Source: Octopus vulgaris
Lineage: Eukaryota
Reading direction: 5' to 3'
DNA length: 64,000 nucleotides
Assembly: GCA_951406725.2 (NCBI GenBank)
Contig: OX597814.1
Location: forward strand, 131,316,001-131,380,000
Position numbers and translations under genes: made by a program. Under the pieces are notes generated by a model, which was not told the DNA's origin, searched no databases, and saw only the letters and a program-made list of their open reading frames with translations. Shown here piece after piece: positions 41,602 to 53,651 of the stretch; the first letter of the stretch is position 1; the number at the start of each line of letters is the position of its first letter.

Positions 41602-41870
41602 GACCTACTGCCCCGTGCTAGTAGGGTATTAAGAGCACCATCTGAGCGTGATCGTTGCCAGAGCGGCTATCTGGCCTCCGTGCCGGTGGCACGTAAAAGC
41701 ACCCACTACACTCTTGTAGTTGTTGGCATTAGGAAGGGCATCCAGCTGTAGAAACTCTGCCAGATCAAGATTGAAGTTTGGTGCAGCCATCTGGTTCGCC
41801 AGCCCTCGGTCATTCATCCAACCCATGCTAGCATGGAAAGCGGACGTTAAACGATGATGATGAATGATGA
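41602..41870 (+). mobile_element. SINE family D
   Basis: Ends CATGCTAGCATGGAAAGCGGACGTTAAACGATGATGATGA. Confidence 0.8.
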
Positions 41871-42643
41871 TAATAGCGTACCTTCCTGACAAACCCACAG
41901 TACTTACCTGGGTACCAGCAACCCATGTTATATCTTTGAACCCTACCTTGGGGACCTTCAACAGTGTTCTCTCCATACCCTATTTGCTCCCCCACCTCGT
42001 TTCAGACTCTGCATCCACTATATTAGTCTTTACCAGCCTTGACTGGTTGGCTGGCTGGCTGGCTGGCTGGCTGGAGGTTTTGCTGAGATCATGGGCATTG
42101 TCCTCTCCCCTCTGTTACACTAAATAAAAATACATTCCTATTGGAAGTGGGTCATTGTGGGAGGAGTGGGGTAAAAAATTTCTTCATTCTTTTGAATGGA
42201 ATGTTCTATTTTTTTCATATCTTTATAAAACTTCCTTTCATCTTTCAACCCTTTAAATAATTATATTCATTCATAAATATTATACACATGCATACACGCT
42301 TCCATTACAGAGAATAAAAACACTTCTCTAATTGTTTCGTTTCATATGATATCATCGTCATTGCTTTTTTTTTTTCCTTTTGCCTTTTGATCTTACAATG
42401 TATTCACTTGTGTGTGTATATGTGTGTATTTATATATATTTATGTATATAGGTGTGTGTGTGTGTGTGTATCTACACACACACACATATATATATATTTA
42501 TGTGTATGTATGTATATACATTTATATATATATTTATTTATATGTATATGTATGCATGCACATATATATATAAATGTATGTATATACATTTATATATATA
42601 TATATATATATATACTTATATGTATGTGTGTGTGTGTGCATGA

Positions 42644-42676
<33 letters not shown>

Positions 42677-42947
42677 TATGCACATATTTAAAGTGTATGT
42701 GTCCTCATTTTTAGAAAATAAAGCTCTGTTATAAATTCTTATACTTCTGTTGCTGTGTAATCATTATTATTATCATCATCATCACCATCACATCGTCATC
42801 ATCATAATTCCTCTGTGATTGGCTGTAGTTTATGATGTGGTGGTGCCTCTCCATGCATTTTTGATTATGTCTCATGTCTTTTAGTAAGACTGATAAGTGC
42901 TGGGTAACAATTTTCACAAAATATTTTACATGTATTCTCATGTAAAT

Positions 42948-42984
<37 letters not shown>

Positions 42985-43581
42985 TGTGTGTGTGTGTGTA
43001 TGTACACTACACATGTACAAAACATTTTGTTAAATTTATATTGTATGCACCACATCTAGTACTTCAACTACAGGTTTCTCTTGGGACGGAACTGAAAGAA
43101 TTGTTTGGTATTAATATCTGAGCTGATGTTTCTCTTGTTCATTTCTCCCACAACAAATTCCCAGAGTCACAGAATCTCTTGAAATAGTGTTTCTTGAAAA
43201 GGATAAGAAAATTCACTCGGTTCCTTGTTCTGTAGTCTTTCTTTTTCTTTTCTGTTCTAGCAGCATGACCCATAATGAGTTGGTAGGGAGCTGATATAGG
43301 AATACAACAGGCTTAAAGTCTTACATTGAAATACAATGTAGAGTACATGTTGGTATGCGTCAACTCCACTTGTATATATGTGTGAACGTATCTTAATTCT
43401 GCGAGTTTTAAATTTTAATCGGTTTTCCAGCTCAGGGCCTTATGATTCACATCTGCTTGTGTGCATATCTTTTGATTAGCGCAACTGATCCTGTGATAAA
43501 GCAAATCAAATACAAATACCAAATTATCAAAACAATGGCACCAAAGATCCAATTGATGTTTACAATTAATATTATTAGTTG

Positions 43582-43972
43582 CTAGCAGTATCGCCCGGTG
43601 TTGCTTGGGTTTGTTTCGACCCTTTAGAATTGGAATTTTTCAAAAGTAAAAATTTTGCATTATGTAGCTTGTTATTCTCTTTAAGTGAACATTTTTCTGG
43701 TTGAAATACACACCGAAAAATGGCGACACAGCAGTTAAAAGATTGTAAAAAATAGGGATTTTCATAGAAAAAAAAGCACCTTTTTGATGTAAATAATTTT
43801 TGGTCTTAACATGGTCCGATTTGAACTTATCTTCTGCAGAATGAAGAGCAAGCCTTCTATCATACTCTCAATTTTGGTCAACTTGCACCACAGGGTCTCG
43901 GAAGAGATAGTGTTAGTTGAAGGCTACCAAACCTGCCATACACAGACAACTTCAGCTTTATATATAGAGAGA
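43582..43972 (-). mobile_element. Non-autonomous Helitron
   Basis: Minus strand TCTCTCTATATATAAAG ... CCCAAGCAACACCGGG..CTGCTAG. Confidence 0.75.
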
Positions 43973-43979
43973 TTAGGAA

Positions 43980-44198
43980 GGTGGCGAGGTGGCAGAATCA
44001 TTAGCATACTGGGCAAAATGCTTAGTACCATCTTGTCCATCTTTATGTTCTGAGTTCAAATTCCACCGAGGTCGAGTTTACCTTTCATCCTTTTGGGGCT
44101 GATAAATTAAGTACCAGTGAAACACTGGGGGATCGATGTAATCAACTAGTCCCCTCCCTCCAAATTTTAGGCCTTGTGTCTTTAGTACAAAGAATTAT
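43980..44198 (+). mobile_element. SINE family B with the alternative tail (GGCCTTGTGTCTTTAGTACAAAG)
   Basis: Family B head and body followed by the second tail type. Confidence 0.8.
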
Positions 44199-45664
44199 TA
44201 GTTATTAGGGTTTTACTTAAAGAAAAGGGGGAAAAATGTTATTGAGTAATAGTATAATGTTTAGGGCATAGACCTTCCTTGGATGCTAGATGAAAGTCGA
44301 GAACAGACTGGGAAGAGAGAAAAGAAGATAAAAAGAGTTGAGATATTGTAAACCTGGCTCAGAGACCTTGATTTCAAATCTACTTTAAAGTGTATTCAAT
44401 AAGACTTTTCTTGTTTGTTATTGGAAGAATAATGTATCTGTGGCATCTTAAATTAAAGTTTCCACTCACTGTTGACTTGTTTCACTAATAGGACTCTGAT
44501 GATACAGAGGCGCACTTCAAGGTTTTAAGTGTTTTATTTTTCAAATCTTATACCTATTCTATTTGCTTCTATTACCAAACTACTAAGTTACGGAAGTGTA
44601 TACAAAGAATCAGCACTTCTCAAGTGGTTGAGAGGAGGAACACAAACACAGATAAGCATGCATACACTTACACACACACACACACACTCATCAGCTTCTG
44701 TGTTTCCATTTACCAAATTCACTGACTTGGAACTATAGTAGAAAAGACTTGGCCAAGATGCTTCTTGGTAGGAGCTGCATCTGAAATGACATGGCTGCAA
44801 AGTGAGCAACTTAACTGCACAGCCATGCCTGTGTCATGCAATAACTCCTGGAGAAATCATCATCATCATCATCAAACAAAATACTTCATTTCATGTTGCT
44901 CCACTCCACTCAGCTGTAAATGGATGACCCTGTGTTGGAATAGACTTTAGATCAGGTGGAATGTTGGCCTGCTTGCCTAGCCAGTGGGATGGCATCATTC
45001 AAAAGCAAAAACAATGCAAAGCACATTGTGACCAGCAATGTATAACCATATCTGGTAGTTTGGGTGATGCTGTGATATGATAACCAATTTATTGCACATA
45101 AATTTTAACAACTAAATCTTATATGGACCCCTAAAGGCCATATATATATAGATCTCCAAGGGCCATATATCTACACCTCCAAGGGCCATATATATGAACC
45201 CTGGTTGAGAAACACTGCACTAAATGAAAAAAAAAAATTCTGTTAAAAGGTCTCATCTTTTTATTTTTATTATGAAGTAGTTTGTTGTAGCTGTTCTATA
45301 TTTGTCAATAGTAACTCTGTTAAGAGCTATTTCCTTTAGCTCTTTATTTAATATCCTGTTATACTTGTATTTCATATTGTGGTTTTCATTTTGGACATTT
45401 TCTCATGCTAATATATGCTTTCTTATGTTTGCTAGCTTTCATATTTAAATATTTTTCTTATTCTTAGGCAGGATTGTTCTTATCATATTTGATGACACTT
45501 AAGACACACTTTTTTCCTCCCCAAATGTCTAAAAATCAAGCTAGATCCTATTTGTGACTGTACTACTAGATAGCTTTAGCCATTCAGATTAATTACTCTA
45601 TCAAATGTTTTAAATAAATTATGCATTATCTTACCACTTCAAGATTTTGATCACATAATTGTTA

Positions 45665-46044
45665 TTGAGTTGTCTGGAAAGTTCGTGCCGATTTTTAAAG
45701 GAAAGAAAAAGGTCAATAAATACTTGCCATTACAGTTTTAATCAACCAAATATGAACCATTTTGTTGCACTATGCATCTCCATCTTTCCTTTAAATTGAA
45801 AAACCCTCTTCCCAGAATTGACGTGGTTTTATGGCAAAGAATTCATCAAGGTATCTTTTTACGTCATCCAAGGAATTGAAATTTTTACCTTTAAGACTAT
45901 TCTGCAGAGACCTGAATAAGTGGAAATCCGAAGGAGCAATATCTGGTGAATATGGAGGGTGGGGTAACACATCCTAGCCGAGCTGCAGCAATTTTTGTCT
46001 GGTTCCCAAAGCATCAAGTGCCGAAAATGAACTTTATCTTCCAT
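45665..46044 (-). mobile_element. Internally deleted mariner transposon (transposase pseudogene)
   Basis: Minus strand MEDKVHFRHLML.. fused to TRQKLLQLG*DVLPHPPYSPDIAPSDFHLFRSLQNSL..(frameshift)..ERWRCIVQQNGSY; YSPDxAPSD motif; TA|TTGAGTTGTC TIR-like end. Confidence 0.9.
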
Positions 46045-46136
46045 TTTACTATATATATTAGTTATACTATATATTCTATATTCTACATTAATATTATAAA
46101 GAATACAAATAAAACATAAAAAACAAAGTTGGAATT

Positions 46137-46184
<48 letters not shown>

Positions 46185-46982
46185 ATGTATATATACTTTT
46201 ATTAAAGTTGCAAACCCTTCAGAGTTTCACGTTCCTATTTATCATATATATATATATATACCTCCCACACACACATACCAAGAAATTAAAATGATGGAAT
46301 AACCAAGTGTGTAATGAAATTCATTAGCTTACAGCCGTTTCTACTCTCAGATGCAATGCCCTCAAGCATTCATCTATGAGTGCATCTTATAGCACACACA
46401 CAGCTATTAGCTAATGGCACTTCATAACAATTGTTTATTCCTTTGCATATGAGGTTAGTGTTTGCACAGTAAATATATCTTTGTCCGGCCTTATGTTTGC
46501 TGTAGCAGAATCTGGTTTTAAGCATAAGCCCTCCTATAAGTGGGACCCCTTTAGAAGACCTTGAAAGTCATTTACTGTTTCATATTTAAGAGATCACACA
46601 TCTGTTGTGGGTTGATGATTTACTTCTAAGTAGGTTAAAGACAGATGGGAGTTGACACTCAGGAGGTGGAGGTGTCATATCTAATTTAAAGCCAAATAAA
46701 ATCTAATATTCTCATAAAATGATAATATATTAAGAAAAAAGAAAAATTCTATTATATATAACAGATGTTCGCCCAGTCTTTCATGATGACTTTGACATGT
46801 CAGACCAAACAAATTTACCTGTTTTCTTTCTCTCTCCCTCTTTCTCTTTCTTTTATTTCAATATAGTGGATCTGTCAATTTGACAATAGGGATTTAGTTG
46901 TTTGACCAGCCCACTGTCTTGCATATTGAATTAGCAAGTATGTATAAGTGGCTGAGTATTCTGTAGATACTTGTACCCTTAA

Positions 46983-47199
46983 CCTTTTCATTACTGTATT
47001 TGTTTTGAAATGCTCTTTGTTTCTTTTAATTAAACATATAACAAAGAATTTTGTAAAATAACTTAGTTATCATTAAGCTAATGTTAGAAACATAAATTGT
47101 GACTAAGGTTTGGTGGAAGATTTTAATTGAAAACTTTTGAAAACAAAACATTTGTACTCAGTGCTAGAGCTGGTTTCAGCCGGGTTGGTAACAAAAGGG
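46983..47199. mobile_element. TTAA-flanked piggyBac-like MITE
   Basis: TTAA|CCTTTTC ... AAAAGGG|TTAA. Confidence 0.88.
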
Positions 47200-47439
47200 T
47201 TAACAAAACTCTCTGGTACAACCAGTGTGTGTGTGTGTGTGTGAGAGAGAGAGAAAGAGAGAAGACTGTACCTTATCAGTTACATGTTAAATCCATCTGA
47301 TGGGTTTATCTACACTGTTTTACATCTAGTTTCTCTCTCACAAGGGTTGGGTTAATGACTCTTGCCCAAATATGCTACTCTGTGAAATTGAACCTAGGAC
47401 TTTGTGATTGTGAAGAAAATGTCTTACCTGTTTGTATAT

Positions 47440-47908
47440 AGCCAAGGGAGATCATAGTTGTGGCTGTGATGCCAGTGTTGCATAACTGGCACATAAATAG
47501 CACCCTTCAAACATTGTGCTTGAGGAGACCTGTCAAACCAAGTTAAATTGTAGTTGTGGCTAATGCCTGTGCCGCCTGACTGGCACCCATGTTGGTTGCA
47601 TGTAAAATGCACCGTTCCAGTATTGGACCTTGTGGAGATAGTGACAGGTAACTGAGACCTTTGGTGATACACCGTGCTTCAGAAAACATGTCAAGCCAAG
47701 TGAGATCATATGGCTGATGCTGGTGTCACATCACTGGCACTTGTACCCACTAAATTCTTGAGTGGCTGGCATTAGGAAGGGCATCCAGTCATAGAAACTG
47801 TCAAATCAGATTGGAACCTGGTGAACTGGTGCAGCTCCCTGGCTTACCTGTTTTCAGTCTAACCATCCAACCCATGCCAGCATGGAAAACGAATGTTTGA
47901 TGATGATG
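47440..47908 (+). mobile_element. SINE family D, long diverged copy
   Basis: Family D 3' end preceded by internally repeated motifs. Confidence 0.65.
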
Positions 47909-48279
47909 GGTAAATTGTCGCCATTGTGTATTTTTAATTTCATGTACATGCATTGTTTGTTTTTGATTTTGTCAACTACACAGTATAGTAGGGTCAGTTG
48001 GGAACCGAGAAAAACAGTACCATGATGCAATTTGCTCTGCCAGAAATCTGGAAATAACATGCTGTACTGTTTGGCATTTGCACTGGAACCTTCAATACAA
48101 AAATTTCAGTGTTTAGGAGTCAATCTGAGGACAGTACAATCTAAGGACATGTATCGAGGGTGATAAAAATCAAACATCCAGTTAACATTAAGGTGTTTGA
48201 AATGATCACTAGCGATGGTGACATTATGCATGTGTGTGTGTGTGTGTGTGCATGTGTGTGTGTGTGTGTGTAGATATAT

Positions 48280-48590
48280 GTGAAAGGGAAAAGCTTAATG
48301 GTCAGGGTATTCAGTTCATGAGTTTGATAACTGTTGGCGTATTGTGCCCTAGAGCATGACACTTTATTTCATGTTGCTCCAGTCCACTCAGCTGGTAAAA
48401 ATGAGTAGTGCTTGTATATCAAAGGGCCAGCCTTGTCACACTCTATGTCACACTGAATCTTCTAGAGATTTGTGTTAAGGATTACACACGTCTGTGGATT
48501 ACTCTACCACTTGCACATTAATTTCATGGACAGGCTTTACATCGACCAAATCAAGTGGAACCCTTTTTGTAACCTACAAAGTGCTAGTTT
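48280..48590 (+). mobile_element. SINE family C, old copy
   Basis: GTTGCTCCAGTCCACTCAGCTG..GGGCCAGCCTTGTCACAC; contains the undeleted version of the 66-bp minisatellite unit. Confidence 0.75.
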
Positions 48591-49723
48591 TAGATATATA
48601 TGTATGTGTGCATGCATCTATGTAAACCTAGAAACTGAAGAAACTTGTAAATATGCTGTAGGAAAAAAGAGAACCCTGACGTTCTGAGTCTAAAGGTTTC
48701 ATTGAAGAATAGTAGTAATATCTATCTGTCTGTCTGTCTGTCTATTAGGCTGTGTATGTATGTATCTATCTATATATCTATTAGTCTACCTACCTACCTA
48801 CCTACCTATCCTGACACACATGCATACAAATAGATGTATTTTTGTTAGTTTTAGCAATAATGTCTAACAAAATGCTTAGAGCAAACTTAAAAATAGACAT
48901 CTTTCCAAAGAATTCCTTCTTGTGGATAAGTAGTTTTACTTTGTGTCCACAGTTGGAAACAAAAGTAAAAAGAAAACCCAAAAAAACCCCCCACTCAGCA
49001 AAAAAAAAGCCAAACAAATAATGATTATTGCAGAAAGGATAGAATAAAGTTTTAAAAAATTCAAATAAAATAAAGGACTACATTAAAAGTTATTTCAGAA
49101 AAGAATGCTGAATTTCCAATGCAATAAAAGTGGTCTCATTGGCAAGTGTGTTTAGTTACAAAGGTTTAGGTCTTTCACATTTGGTTCTTATAATATATAT
49201 ATATATATGTGTCTTATATGGTGTGTGTGTGTATGTTGTTGGCATCCTTTTGTCTCAGAAGACAATGGAGTTGCGCATAAACTAATCCAGTCTGGTTTTT
49301 ACATTTTATGTCCTCTCCAGTCTTTAACAGACCAGGGCTAGATGTAAGAAAATCCTGGGTAGCCAAATCGTCGGGATTCCTCTCTTGACCTTGCTGAAAT
49401 AGTCCAAAGGAGTGCAGAGCATTATGTTTGGCACCAACTTGGTTGCAGGAGATGCCGTAAGAGTGTCGAGTCGAACACTAAACCACCTACTTGAAGGTTG
49501 TCTCTTTTCCATAACCCCAGATAGGGGCCCATACTGGGTACTGCCAACCGGAACCAGCTGAGCCTGGGACTTGTGTCAGGCAGGGTCGTCACTCCCTGAA
49601 GTAGTCAGGAAAATCGCTACCCACTACCTAAATATATATATATATATATATATGTGTTACTCACTGAAGTAGTGAAGAAAATCGCTACCCACTACCTAAA
49701 TATATATATATGTATATATATCT

Positions 49724-50155
49724 ATGCAGAATGTAAGCTACTGGGAAAGACTCAAGAGATTAAAATTATATTCCCTGGAGCGTAGGCGGGAAAGATATGC
49801 CATAATATACATCTGGAAGATCCTGGAGGGAAGTGTCCTGAACTTTGGCATCGAGAGTTACGCAAATGCCAGAACTGGGCGCCACTGCGTGGTGCCTAGG
49901 ACTCCAAACCTGCCATCAAGATGTAGGACAAGATTCTGTGATAGCCTGGGCTTCCGAGGCCCACAGCTCTTCAATATCCTCCCGAAGAACCTGAGAGACC
50001 TGCATGGGGTGGATACAGATGTCTTTAAAATGAAGCTGGATCTCTTCCTGTCAGGTGTCCCAGATGAACCAACTTCACGGCAGGAGGGGCAGATGAGGGC
50101 AGCTGCATCGAACTCTCTCATGCACCAAATAGCAGTTGCTAGAAAGCCTCCATGA
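49724..50155 (+). CDS. C-terminal fragment of a CR1/L2-group LINE ORF2 (5'-truncated, non-functional)
   Basis: SYWERLKRLKLYSLERRRER..WKIL..FNILPKNLR..FKMKLDLFL is the typical post-RT C-terminus of CR1/L2-group ORF2. Confidence 0.85.
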   Translation: MQNVSYWERLKRLKLYSLERRRERYAIIYIWKILEGSVLNFGIESYANARTGRHCVVPRTPNLPSRCRTRFCDSLGFRGPQLFNILPKNLRDLHGVDTDVFKMKLDLFLSGVPDEPTSRQEGQMRAAASNSLMHQIAVARKPP

Positions 50156-50248
50156 AGTGAAACCAAGTAGCAACACCAAATGGCGGTGCCCCAGCATGGC
50201 CACAGCTCATAAGCTGAAACTAGAATCAATCAATCAATCAATCAATCA
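49724..50248 (+). mobile_element. 5'-truncated CR1/L2-group LINE with 3' UTR and (CAAT)n tail
   Basis: ORF fragment, short UTR with stem-loop, tandem-repeat tail, inserted in a TA tract. Confidence 0.85.
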
Positions 50249-50255
50249 TATATAT

Positions 50256-50286
<31 letters not shown>

Positions 50287-51264
50287 GTGTGTGTGTGTTT
50301 GTTTTTGTACATTATACATCTTTCTTTCTATATATATGTATATGTGTGTGTCTGTGTGTAAAAAGCACCCACTACACTTTTGGAGTGATTGGCATTAAGA
50401 AGAGCTTCCAGTTGTAGAAAGCATGCCAGCATGGAAAACAGATGTTAAATGATGATGATACACACACGCGCGCGCATGCTCACATATGTAAGCATGGGCA
50501 TTTATGTATGACTGCAAAACCTAGTCTCTTCTACCATAGTTTCTTCATGCTCATTCAAGCTTTGTAAGTGAAACTAGTTCCATGGCAATTTGAGTGTAAA
50601 CTAATTCAAACGACTCCTATGTCTGTAATTCTGAGATCCAGCCATATCACATACTTGTGCCATGCTGATCCTGCCTTGGGCTTACATTTCATAAGTGGCT
50701 TCACCTGCACTCAAACTTGCTACATTTTACATTGTTATTAATGATATGACAAGATAGTTTTGTTGATAGAGAAAGTAGAACACCCAATGGCAAAAGCCAA
50801 TCTGTGATAGATTCTACTCTGTATGTAATGAAATATGTTGCTTGCTTTGCCACTTGAGTTTTTTCCAGTAACATAGTCTTTTCAGTTAGCAGTCAGTGGT
50901 CATTTTCTACTGATCCAGCTTGCTCTTCTCAAGAGTAATGACTTTCCTCTGTTTTAGCCAAGGCCTTCATGACTAGTGGGAAAATGCATGGCCTGGTGTT
51001 TGAAATGATCACTAGTGATGATGATATTATGCATGTGTGTGTGTGTGTAGATATATGTGAAGGTGAAAAGCTTAGTGGTTAAGGCTTTCAGCTCATGAGT
51101 TTGATAACTGTTGGCGTATTCAATTCCTGGACCAGGTAGTGTGTTGCATTCTAAAACAAAACACTTTATCATGTGTTGCTTTTGTTCGCTCAGCTGTAAA
51201 TGAGTAACCTTGTAATGTAATGGTTTCTGATTCAAGAGGACATGTTGTGATTCTGGTCACTCAT

Positions 51265-52205
51265 ACACTATCAACAAATGTCAGCATTGCATCCTCAAGA
51301 TCCGGTGGCTGGACAAAATTTCAGACTAGTCTGTGGGATAGAATGAACCAGGTGGCTAGCTGGCAGAATTGTTAGCACACCGGGCGAAATGCTTAGCGGT
51401 ATTTCGTCTGCGTTATGTTGTGAGTTCAAATTCCGCCGAGGTCGACTTTGCCTTTCATCCTTTCGGGGTCGATAAATTAAGTACCAGTTACGCACTGGGG
51501 TCGATGTAATCGACTTAAAACCTATGTCTGTCCTTGTTTGTCCCCTCTATGTTTAGACCCTTGTGGGTAATAAAGAAATAGGTATTTTGTCTGCCGCTAC
51601 GTTCTGAGTTTAAATTACACCGAGGTCGAATTAGCCTTTCATCCTTTCAGGGTCAATTAAATAAATACCAGTTATTCACTGGGGTCGATATAATCGACTT
51701 AATCCGTTTGCCTGTCCTTGTTTGTCCTCTCTGTGTTTAGCCCCTTGTGGGTAGTAAAGAAATAGGTATTTCGTCTGCCGCTATGTTCTGACCTCAAATT
51801 CCACCAAGGTCGACTTTGCCTTTCATCCTTTCAGGGTCGCTTAAATAAGTACCAGTTACGCACTGGGGTTGATGTAACCGACTTAATCCCTTTGTCTGTC
51901 CTTGTTTGTCCCATCTATGTTTAGCCCCTTGTGGGCAATAAGGAAACAAGAATGAACCAAACTCCCACCAATCAAGAAATTTTGAAATGAAATAGGGCTG
52001 GATTGGTCACACTCTAAGGAGACCTCCAAGCAGCATTGCAAGACAAGTGACAGATTGGCAACCTTAAGAAAAAAGGAACATCCTGGAGGATGAAGCAAAT
52101 GCAATTGGTTTCTCTTGGTCTGAAATCAAGGATGTAGCTTAAGACAGTATCCACTGACCTGAAATGGTCACAACCCTGTGCTCCTTATGGAGTAATGTAG
52201 ACCAA
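51265..52205 (+). mobile_element. Degraded RTE-clade LINE 3' end split by a SINE trimer
   Basis: INKCQHCILKIRWLDKISD..W..MNQ before, and GWIGHTLRRPPSSIARQVTDWQP..FSWSEIKDVA..LCSLWS after the insertion; stops and frameshifts present. Confidence 0.8.
51351..51948 (+). mobile_element. SINE family B trimer
   Basis: Junctions AAGAAATA|GGTATTT at 51580/51581 and 51764/51765; single TSD AGAATGAACCA at 51340 and 51949. Confidence 0.93.
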
Positions 52206-53030
52206 CATACAGTATGAAAACTGGGTAACTGGACCAATGAACCCTTGGACTTGAGACAATGATATCTTGAACAAAAATGTTTTTCTTGACTAGAGGGAGG
52301 GCGGGAGTGTGTGAGGTATCAACTAGAGATCTGGACTGGAGAATGATTTCAACAGAATGATCTCTGTTAAAAGGCACCCAATGTTAAGCGGTGGTATCAA
52401 ACCAGGTAATGAATTATATCTAACACTCTAGTAGGCCATGGTGGGATTTGAACTCTTACACAGGAAGAACTAGAACAAATACCACATGACATCTGTTATT
52501 GTGTTCACACAGTTCTGCCAACCTCCTGCACCAGATTGGTACATTTTTGTTAATCACAGAAAGATAAAAGGCAAAGTTGACCTCAACAGGATTTGAACTC
52601 AAAGACTCTGAACAAATACTTTAGTAGCGCTGTTCCACCCAATGCTCTAATGACTCCACCAGTTTGCCAAGATAAAATATTTTGTTGTTGTTGCTTAGCC
52701 TTGACTCAGTAGAAAATCATCCAAGATATTACAGTTTTGGCCACTTTTGTTAGTTACTTTATCAAATAGATTCGTTTTATTATTATACTATTTATATGTA
52801 ATCTGTTTGCTATTTTTAGCAGGTCAAGTGACCACTTACCAGCCTCATTTAACTTGACACAGATGTGAGGAGGAAATCTCCATCATCTAGACATCTGCTT
52901 TTCCTTGTTTGCATGGGTTGGGCAGAGCTTATCAAGGCAAATTTTAATAATCCTTTCTACTAAAGGCACAAGGCCTGAAATTTTAGGCACAGGGGACTAG
53001 TCAACAACTTCGACTCCAGTGGTTTGGAAA

Positions 53031-53069
53031 GACTTCTTCCTCCACCCATTTTCTCGCAAATTATTATTA

Positions 53070-53102
<33 letters not shown>

Positions 53103-53651
53103 TGCTAAAAACCCTCTGTTTTCGGATATGGTGATTCCGAAAATTGCCAAAAATTGGCATTTTCAAATTTTTGCCCCCCTTCCCCTTTCATCCCCAATTT
53201 CTTAATTTTCATTTTTTTCCCTAACCGTAACCCTAACCCCCAAAAAATCTAACCCTAACTCTAAAACCCTAATCCCCTAATCCTAAAACCTTAACCCTAA
53301 CTACAAAAATTTTTGGACATTTTTTCAGAACCATAATCTCGGAATTTCTCCGCATATTTTGAAAAAAAAAAAAATTCCGAAAAAAAAAACTTTACAAAAA
53401 TTTTTGGAAATTTTTTCCAGAATCCATAATCTCCGTATTTTTCTGCATATTCTGAAAAAAAGTTTAAAATGGAGAAATTAAGGAGGGGGGGAAGGGGTAA
53501 TTTCAAAATGCCGATTTTTGCCAATTGTTTTTTTTTTTTCAGATTCGTATTCTCCGTATCCGAAAAGGGGGTGGTTGTGTAGCAGAAAAAAAAAATTAAT
53601 TAAATAGAAAAAAAAAAAAATGGTGTTTTAGCGGGGTACAAAAATGAAGCC
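53031..53651. mobile_element. Foldback element with a degenerate (CCCTAA)n core
   Basis: Imperfect inverted arms at about 53103-53185 and 53485-53585; telomere-like run at 53218-53302; no TSD found; outer ends uncertain. Confidence 0.6.

Noticed and set aside
49240-49720. RTE-like 5' UTR remnant and a roughly 40-bp duplication before the LINE
   Set aside because: The resemblance is from memory only and too decayed to support a call; the duplication does not flank the LINE as a TSD.
51351-51948. Hammerhead retrozyme explanation for the SINE multimers
   Set aside because: No CUGANGA..GAAA core with proper stems found by eye on either strand.
53218-53302. True telomere or chromosome fusion point
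   Set aside because: Short, degenerate, single orientation and embedded in an inverted-repeat element.
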